A stretch of 32,000 bases of DNA from Catelliglobosispora koreensis DSM 44566 (GTDB taxonomy: Bacteria > Actinomycetota > Actinomycetes > Mycobacteriales > Micromonosporaceae): contig NZ_KB903290.1 of assembly GCF_000379685.1 (NCBI RefSeq), positions 211,790 through 243,789 on the forward strand, read 5' to 3'. The position numbers were made by a program, and so were the translations under genes. Under the pieces are notes generated by a model. It had not been told where the DNA came from. It saw nothing but the letters and a program-made list of their open reading frames with translations, and did not search any database. This document shows, piece by piece, positions 26,402 through 32,000 of this stretch; positions within the stretch are counted from its first letter, which is position 1; each line of letters begins with the position of its first letter.

Positions 26402-27624
26402 ACACCGAGTTCCGGATGCCTTCCCTCGGCGCGGATATGGAATCCGGTGTGCTGCTGGAATGGCTGGTTCACCCGGGGGACACTGTCCATAAAGGAGATA
26501 TCGTCGCGGTTGTCGACACCGCGAAGGCGGCCGTTGAGGTCGAATGTTTCACTAGCGGTGTCGTAACGGAGCTGCTCGTCGAGCCAGGCACGCGAGTGCC
26601 GGTCGGCGGGCCACTGGCCGTTATCTCGACGACCACAGGTGAACAACCGCACGCCGCGCCAACCGTGGCGGCACCGGGCGTGGTGACGTCACCGCTTGTC
26701 CGCCATCTTGCCGATCAGCTCCACGTAGATACGGGGACAACACCGGGTACTGGTGTTGGCGGCCGGATCACGCGGGCCGATGTGATCAGGCAGGCCGAGC
26801 CGGTGAGGATTTCGCCGCGGGCACGACGTCTAGCGGCCGAACGCGGCGTTGACCTGCGCACGATAGGAAGTACCACCCCCGGCAGAGTGATCACGGGTGA
26901 CGAGGTGCTCGCGGCCGCAGATGCGCTGGGCCGCCCGGAACATGACGCTAAAGGCATTGACCCGCAAGCGATGCGCAACGCCATCGCACAGCTCATGGCG
27001 AAGTCCAAGAAGGAGATCCCGCACTATTATCTGACCGAGCAGATAGACATGAGCACGGCATTGGCCTGGCTGCACGAGCAAAACCGGGCACTGCCGGTAG
27101 CGCAGCGGATTCTGCCCGCTGCACTGTTACTGCGCGCTGTCGCCTCAGCATGCGCCGAAGTCCCGCAACTGAACGGTTTCTGGATAGACGGCAGCTTCGT
27201 ACCAGCAGGCGGGGTTCATCTGGGGGTGGCGATTTCGTTGCGTGGTGGTGGGCTTGTCGCACCGGCGATACGCGATGCGGGCACGCTGAGCGCACCTGAA
27301 CTGATGGCCGCCCTGCGTGACCTCGTCTCGCGAACCCGTGCCGGGCGGCTGCGGGCCTCCGAGATGAGCGACCCCACCATCACCGTGTCCAATCTCGGCG
27401 ACCAGGGCGCCGATTCATTGCTTGGGGTCATATACCCACCGCAGGTCGCCCTCGTGGGATTTGGGCGGATTGCCGAGCGGCCGTGGGCGTCCGGCGGAAT
27501 GCTTGGCGTCCGGCCGGTGGTGACGGCCAGCCTGGCCGCAGACCATCGCGCGACCGATGGAGTCACCGGAGCCCTTTTTCTGCAAGCGATCGCACGCCAG
27601 CTACAGCTTCCGGAGGAGAAATGA
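26398..27624 (+). CDS. Dihydrolipoamide acyltransferase E2 (lipoyl domain + two PSBD-like repeats + catalytic domain)
   Basis: The lipoyl-Lys motif is [11 protein letters not shown]. Two E3/E1-binding-like segments are [14 protein letters not shown]...GRITRADV and [15 protein letters not shown]...GRVITGDEV. The catalytic motif is ADHRATDG. Confidence 0.88.
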   Translation: MNTEFRMPSLGADMESGVLLEWLVHPGDTVHKGDIVAVVDTAKAAVEVECFTSGVVTELLVEPGTRVPVGGPLAVISTTTGEQPHAAPTVAAPGVVTSPLVRHLADQLHVDTGTTPGTGVGGRITRADVIRQAEPVRISPRARRLAAERGVDLRTIGSTTPGRVITGDEVLAAADALGRPEHDAKGIDPQAMRNAIAQLMAKSKKEIPHYYLTEQIDMSTALAWLHEQNRALPVAQRILPAALLLRAVASACAEVPQLNGFWIDGSFVPAGGVHLGVAISLRGGGLVAPAIRDAGTLSAPELMAALRDLVSRTRAGRLRASEMSDPTITVSNLGDQGADSLLGVIYPPQVALVGFGRIAERPWASGGMLGVRPVVTASLAADHRATDGVTGALFLQAIARQLQLPEEK

Positions 27625-27860
27625 ATACCAGCGAGGCCATCGTTTTGGTCCGGCGATGCGTGCATGAAGTGGCGCCTGACATCGACATGGAATCGATCAG
27701 CGACGATGCGCATCTGCAGGAGACTCTGCACTTGGACTCGCTCGACTTCCTGCAGGTAGTGGAGCTATTGAGCAGCCGAAGCGGGATACGTATCGATGAG
27801 GAGGACTATCCTCGGCTGGCTACCATCGCGAGCGCCGCGGCGTTCCTGGCACAGCATTAG
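27621..27860 (+). CDS. Stand-alone acyl carrier protein (phosphopantetheine-attachment DSL motif)
   Basis: Trimmed to the ATG at 27621 (ATGA overlap with E2). The 79-aa protein carries LHLDSLDFLQVVELL, an ACP helix-II Ser motif. Confidence 0.75.
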   Translation: MNTSEAIVLVRRCVHEVAPDIDMESISDDAHLQETLHLDSLDFLQVVELLSSRSGIRIDEEDYPRLATIASAAAFLAQH

Positions 27861-28651
27861 TGTGCTGCGATATCCCGCCGGCTAAACAGTGGGATAGCAG
27901 CCAGCACAAAGGCTGCGGCCGCGGCCACCATCCAAAGGAAGCTCAGGCTGAGCCCGCCGCCAAGGGGGCCTTCACGCAGTGCTTGGTGGAACGGTGATAA
28001 AGGCTGCCAAGGCTGCACGGAGTCCACGATCTGCCCGGCCGCGTAAAGAACATAAGCTGCGACAGCCAGGGTCGTAGCGGCACCGATCGCAAGACTGCGC
28101 CTTCCAGTGATCGCGCCGATGGCCAAGGCCAGGAAGCCAAACTCGATCCCCAGCAGCATCATGGCTGTCGTAGCGGCCGCGAGCGTGGCCGCACCGATAC
28201 CCAGGCCGAAGAGGACCGAACTTACCGCCAGCGTGACGTACACCCCAGCACCGAGCACGGCGACACCGGTGACGAGCGCTGCCGCTTGCTGTAGCAGCAT
28301 CCGACCCGGCGATAAGGGCGTCACGAGGAGCACGTCAAGTGTTCCGGATTCCTCCTCTCCAGCGATGGCCCGCGCACCCCGGCCGATACCGAAAATGATG
28401 AAGAACAGTGGCAGCAGGGCACTGAACAGTTCGGCGTTCATAAAGCCTGTGCCGGTCGTGAACTGCTCAAGATTGAACAGCTTTCGCATCGGTTCCGGGT
28501 AGGCGGCCAGCAGATCCTTCCACGCCGACATGTCGCGAATGGACGGCCAGATAGCCGCTTCGATCACGATAAAGATGATGATCCCGGCAGTCCAGCCGAG
28601 GAGCGCTTTTCGTTGGTCACGCAATGCTTTGAGGTACAGGTTGCGGAACAT
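27857..28651 (-). CDS. ABC-2-type transporter permease
   Basis: 264 aa. The N-terminus MFRNLYLKALRDQRKALLGW is followed by about 6 TM segments. An RBS (GGAGGAGG) is present. It lies downstream of the cognate ATPase. Confidence 0.8.
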   Translation of the reverse strand: MFRNLYLKALRDQRKALLGWTAGIIIFIVIEAAIWPSIRDMSAWKDLLAAYPEPMRKLFNLEQFTTGTGFMNAELFSALLPLFFIIFGIGRGARAIAGEEESGTLDVLLVTPLSPGRMLLQQAAALVTGVAVLGAGVYVTLAVSSVLFGLGIGAATLAAATTAMMLLGIEFGFLALAIGAITGRRSLAIGAATTLAVAAYVLYAAGQIVDSVQPWQPLSPFHQALREGPLGGGLSLSFLWMVAAAAAFVLAAIPLFSRRDIAAH

Positions 28652-29543
28652 TCTGGTCGCCTCCTCCGCGGTAGTAGCTCAAGAAGATTTCTTCAAGGTC
28701 TGGCTCGTGGGACACGACCTGTTCGATACCAAAGGGTGCGGCGATCTGGAACAGCTCCGCCATCGGCCCCTCGACCGTCAGGCGGACGGTTTTCGCGTTG
28801 TGCTCCAGGCTTTTGACGCCCGCGACAGAGCGCAGCGTGTCCGTCGGCGGTGCGGACAGGAAAGTGATGTCGACATGCCGGACAGCTTGCGTTTTCAGCA
28901 CCTCCACCGATTCGACGACTTCCAGATGGCCTTCGTGGAGGATGCCGATGGTGTCAGCGACCGCCTGAACCTCGGACAGTACGTGTGAGGAAAGGAATAC
29001 TGTCTGGCCACGGTTGGCGGCCTCCCGCACGAGGCTTAGGAATTCCCGCTGTATCAAGGGATCCAGGCCAGCTGTGGGCTCGTCGAGGAGAAGTAGGTCT
29101 GGCTGATGCATAAAAGCTTGAACGACACCAAGCTTCTGTCGGTTTCCGTGCGACAGATCGCCTATCCGGGTCGTCAAGTCGAGCCCCAGACGCCCTGTCA
29201 GATCATCCACAATGGACCAATCGACGTTGCCCCGGAGATTGGCGAGGAACGTCAGATAATTGCGGCCAGTGAGGTCCCGGTAGGCAACGAACTCGCCTGG
29301 CAGATAACCGATACGCCGCTGCATTTCCTCCCGGTCACGGACGGCGTCCAATCCAAAGACAACCGCGGTTCCGTTTGTTGGCCGGATGAGGCCGGCGAGA
29401 ATCCGGGTAGTGGTGGTCTTTCCCGCCCCGTTCGCACCCAGGTAGCCGAACACCGTTGCGGGCTCGATCGTGAGATCCACGCCGATGAGCGCGTTTTTGC
29501 GGCCATACTTCTTGGTTAGTCCGGTGGTTTTTATCGCGTCCAT
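28617..29543 (-). CDS. ABC transporter ATP-binding protein
   Basis: Trimmed to the ATG at 29543 (MDAIKTTGLTKKYG). Walker A is GANGAGKTT, the signature is LSHGNRQKLG and Walker B is LLLLDEPTAGLD. It overlaps the permease start by 35 nt. Confidence 0.88.
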   Translation of the reverse strand: MDAIKTTGLTKKYGRKNALIGVDLTIEPATVFGYLGANGAGKTTTTRILAGLIRPTNGTAVVFGLDAVRDREEMQRRIGYLPGEFVAYRDLTGRNYLTFLANLRGNVDWSIVDDLTGRLGLDLTTRIGDLSHGNRQKLGVVQAFMHQPDLLLLDEPTAGLDPLIQREFLSLVREAANRGQTVFLSSHVLSEVQAVADTIGILHEGHLEVVESVEVLKTQAVRHVDITFLSAPPTDTLRSVAGVKSLEHNAKTVRLTVEGPMAELFQIAAPFGIEQVVSHEPDLEEIFLSYYRGGGDQNVPQPVPQSIA

Positions 29544-29548
29544 CAGGC

Positions 29549-30853
29549 TCACCCCGCCGGGGCAGTCGCCGGGCGCAGCAAATGCTGCGCGAACCAGTCC
29601 CGGGCTAGCGTCGCGGCAGTTTCCAGGGTGCCCGGTTCCTCGAACAGGTGCGACGCACCCGGGACCACCATTACCTCGTGCGGGCATGTCATGAGCGCTG
29701 CCGCTTGTTCGTTGAGCCGCAGCACCTGAGGATCATTGCCGCCCACGATCAGCAGCGTCGGTGCCTGTACCTGGGATAGCCGCGATGCGGCCAGATCCGG
29801 GCGGCCGCCCCGCGAGACAATGGCGGTCACATCCGCGTGTGGCTTGCCAGCCGCCCAGAGTGCCGCGGCGCTGCCTGTGCTGGCCCCGAACCAGCCAATA
29901 GGCAGCCCGGCTGACCATGGTTGCCGGCGTACCCAGCGGGTCGTCGCCACCAGCCGGCCGGCCAGGAGCTCGATGTCGAACACGTTGGCCCGGTCCCCGC
30001 CCTCCTGCCCGGTGAGCAGGTCGAACAAGAGTGTGCCGAGCCTGGCCTCGTTGAGGAGATGTGCGACGTAGGCATTGCGTGGGCTGTGCCGGCTGCTGCC
30101 ACTGCCGTGTACGAAAATGACCAGCCCACGGGCGTCTGGTGGAAGTGTTAGGTCACCGATGAGCTCTGCGTCAGTGGTGTTGATGTGTACCTCTGCGAGT
30201 GTCTTGCCGGGCCGGTTCTGATGCCCAGCTTCGGCCAGTATTGCCATCACTTCGTCGTCGCTCACCTCGCTGAAGTCTTGATACCACTGGCCGACAGCCC
30301 GCAGCCACTGCGGCATCTCAAGGCAAACGACCTCATCGGCGACTGGCCTCAGGGCCGTCACCGCCTGCGGGGCGGCAACGGGGACGGCAAGCACCACGTG
30401 CGCCGCACCCATTGCCCGCGCGACTTGGCAGGCCGCCTTGGCGGTGGCGCCAGTAGCCATGCCGTCATCGACGATGACAACCGTCCGCCCGGCGACGGAG
30501 ATAGCCGGCCTGTTCTGCCGGAACAGCGAAGCACGGCGGCGTACGTTGTCCTCTTCCTGCTTTTGGATGGCCCTGAGCTGGTCATTGGAGGCGCCCGCCA
30601 TGGGCAGCACTGACCGGTTTAGGATCACGACGCCTCGTTCTCCCACCGCGCCCATAGCCAGCTCCCGGTTGCCTGGGGCCCCCAGCTTGCGGACGACGAT
30701 CACATCCAAGGGCGCGTGAAGCCTTTTGGCCACCTCAGCCGCGACTGGAACTCCACCGCGTGGCAATCCCAGCACGATCACATCCCGGCCACTATGCCCA
30801 GCAAGCCGTCCAGCCAATCTGCGCCCGGCATCGGTGCGGTCAACGAATATCAT
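29549..30853 (-). CDS. Phosphoribosyltransferase-domain / alpha-beta-hydrolase (dienelactone-hydrolase-like) fusion protein, Rv0571c-like
   Basis: Trimmed to the ATG at 30853 (RBS GGAGG). The N-terminal PRTase motifs are VLGLPRGGVPVA and VVIVDDGMATGAT. The C-terminal hydrolase region has VIFVHGSGSS, the nucleophile elbow GASTG, and PGASHLFEE. Confidence 0.82.
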   Translation of the reverse strand: MIFVDRTDAGRRLAGRLAGHSGRDVIVLGLPRGGVPVAAEVAKRLHAPLDVIVVRKLGAPGNRELAMGAVGERGVVILNRSVLPMAGASNDQLRAIQKQEEDNVRRRASLFRQNRPAISVAGRTVVIVDDGMATGATAKAACQVARAMGAAHVVLAVPVAAPQAVTALRPVADEVVCLEMPQWLRAVGQWYQDFSEVSDDEVMAILAEAGHQNRPGKTLAEVHINTTDAELIGDLTLPPDARGLVIFVHGSGSSRHSPRNAYVAHLLNEARLGTLLFDLLTGQEGGDRANVFDIELLAGRLVATTRWVRRQPWSAGLPIGWFGASTGSAAALWAAGKPHADVTAIVSRGGRPDLAASRLSQVQAPTLLIVGGNDPQVLRLNEQAAALMTCPHEVMVVPGASHLFEEPGTLETAATLARDWFAQHLLRPATAPAG

Positions 30854-30931
30854 CACAGCCTCCAGTCCGCGGTGAATACCTTCAATGTCCACCTGTGCGG
30901 GATTGTCTGGCCAGGGAATCTCGGCTGCGGT

Positions 30932-30951
30932 CTCGGGACTTAAGTCCTAGT
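30932..30951. promoter_or_regulatory. DosR/DevR-like box in the PRT-hydrolase/usp divergent region (CTCGGGACTTAAGTCCTAGT)
   Basis: The core GGGACTTAAGTCCT matches GGGACTWWAGTCCC at 13/14. It lies 54-73 nt upstream of the ATG at 31005 and 79-98 nt upstream of the minus-strand ATG at 30853. Confidence 0.7.
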
Positions 30952-31004
30952 TCATGGGCCCTTACCACCTGTGCCAGGCAGATCCGGGCCGTCACCGTGG
31001 AGGT

Positions 31005-31826
31005 ATGGGCAAGCATGTTCTCGCAGGCGTCTGTGATTCGGATGGATCTCGTGCCGCTGCGGCGTTCGCCGCGCGGCTTGCCCACGCCAATGGTGCGCCG
31101 TTGCAGTTGCTGCACGTCTATGAGGAACCGTTTCTCGGCTACGGCCCGCGTGTCTTAGCCGGGACCTACACCATTGCCGAACCTCAAGCACAAGCACAGG
31201 CGCTCGCTCTCATCGCGCAAGAAACCAGGCGTCTGGCTTTCACATTCCCTGGCCTGACCGTGATGGCACAGATACGAGAAGGCGATGCCGCGCGGGTACT
31301 GTCCGTGGAGTCGAGGAAGGCGGCTATCACCGTGCTGGGCCCGGCAGCGGCACGACAGGGACACGGCGCGAGCCCACATTCGATCCCGGCCACGGTAGCC
31401 GCGCACGGCCATCACGCGGTGGTGATCGTGAACCCTGGCGGGCAGGAACACGGCCCAGTGCTGGTCGGGGTCGACGGCACCCGTCCCGGGCAGGCCGCAG
31501 TCGGTTTCGCCGTGCGCCAGGCACTAGCACTGGACGTTCCGCTTGTCGCCATCAATGTCTATGCCGGCCCGGCGACCGAAGCCGAGGAACTGCTGCGTAT
31601 GTCGCTGCTGCCGTGGGAAACGGTGCACCCCCAGCTCAGAACCGTGTTGCGTCCCATTCATAGCGCCAGCCCCGAATACGCGATGGCCGACGAGTCACAA
31701 CACGCCAGCCTGACAGTCGTCGGCTCGCATGGCCACGCCGGCTATTTGGCTCTTCTGCTTGGCTCGGTAAGCCAGCATCTCGTGCGCGAAGGCACCAGCC
31801 CGGTCGCCATCGTGCATGTGCCATAA
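31005..31826 (+). CDS. Universal stress protein, tandem Usp domains
   Basis: MGKHVLAGVCDSDGS... with the C-terminal ATP motif VVGSHGHAGYLALLLGSVS. The ATG at 31005 is preferred over 30954 because the DosR-like box abuts 30954. The SD (GGAGG) is only 1 nt from the ATG, so the start is not certain. Confidence 0.82.
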   Translation: MGKHVLAGVCDSDGSRAAAAFAARLAHANGAPLQLLHVYEEPFLGYGPRVLAGTYTIAEPQAQAQALALIAQETRRLAFTFPGLTVMAQIREGDAARVLSVESRKAAITVLGPAAARQGHGASPHSIPATVAAHGHHAVVIVNPGGQEHGPVLVGVDGTRPGQAAVGFAVRQALALDVPLVAINVYAGPATEAEELLRMSLLPWETVHPQLRTVLRPIHSASPEYAMADESQHASLTVVGSHGHAGYLALLLGSVSQHLVREGTSPVAIVHVP

Positions 31827-31843
31827 GGAAAGGAGTAGGACCA

Positions 31844-32000
31844 ATGCCTGGGCCTGTTGTGCACTGGGAGATCGGTGGCCGTGATATGGCCGCGTTGGCT
31901 GAATTCTACCGTGCGGCCTTTGACTGGACGATGACGCCAGCCGGGCCGGAGTACACCCTGGTGGAATCAAACGGTCAGGGTGTCGGTGGCGGAATTATGC
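31844..32000 (+). CDS. VOC/glyoxalase-family protein (5-prime partial, runs off window)
   Basis: The ATG at 31844 follows AAGGAGTAGG. The frame stays open to the window end. PVVHWEIGGRDMAALAEFYRAAFDW is a typical VOC N-terminus. Confidence 0.65.
   Translation, partial: MPGPVVHWEIGGRDMAALAEFYRAAFDWTMTPAGPEYTLVESNGQGVGGGIM

Overview
High-GC (about 65%) actinobacterial chromosomal segment. Gene content and regulatory motifs look Mycobacteriales-like, but no species can be assigned from sequence alone. All family calls rest on motifs I recognise in the supplied translations; no database search was possible.

Layout:
- 8-3588: two adjacent CNNM/TlyC-type DUF21-CBS membrane proteins, then a SpoOM-like protein.
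- 4014-10669: a nine-gene, translationally coupled operon for a group 3b-type (HyhBGSL-like) cytosolic [NiFe]-hydrogenase. It carries an extra cNMP-binding-domain ORF between hyhB and hyhG, followed by a maturation protease, HypC, an EamA transporter and an uncharacterised protein whose C-terminus looks HypC-like.
- 10681-12772: a small accessory patch with a truncated ABC ATPase stub and hypothetical or membrane proteins.
- 12982-13857: a tandem-domain USP.
- 13916-17148: a CsoR-family (CstR-like, x-C-x-C) regulator with two TACCC-N4-GGGTA operators. It appears to control a degraded rhodanese, a TauE exporter, a CstB-like MBL-rhodanese-rhodanese fusion and a thioredoxin.
- 17376-22605: a USP, an archaeal-type (class V) fructose-1,6-bisphosphate aldolase/phosphatase coupled to a DUF1876 (Rv1738-like) and a DUF385-like protein, an Hrp1-like CBS protein, an erythromycin-esterase-family protein and an HspX-like Hsp20.
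- 22718-27860: an AcsA-type ligase, E1 alpha, E1 beta, E2 and a stand-alone ACP in one coupled operon.
- 27857-30853 (minus strand): a PRTase/alpha-beta-hydrolase fusion (Rv0571c-like) with an ABC-2 exporter.
- 31005-32000: another USP and a partial VOC protein.

A GGGACTWWAGTCCC-like palindrome, the DosR/DevR box type, recurs upstream of most of these units, 52-112 nt from the start codons. From about 3.7 kb onward the window therefore reads as a hypoxia/dormancy regulon island.

The most novel-looking items are the cNMP-domain ORF embedded in the hydrogenase operon, the E1/E2 + ACP operon, and the class V FBP aldolase/phosphatase in this regulon. No tRNA/rRNA genes, CRISPR arrays or mobile elements were seen.
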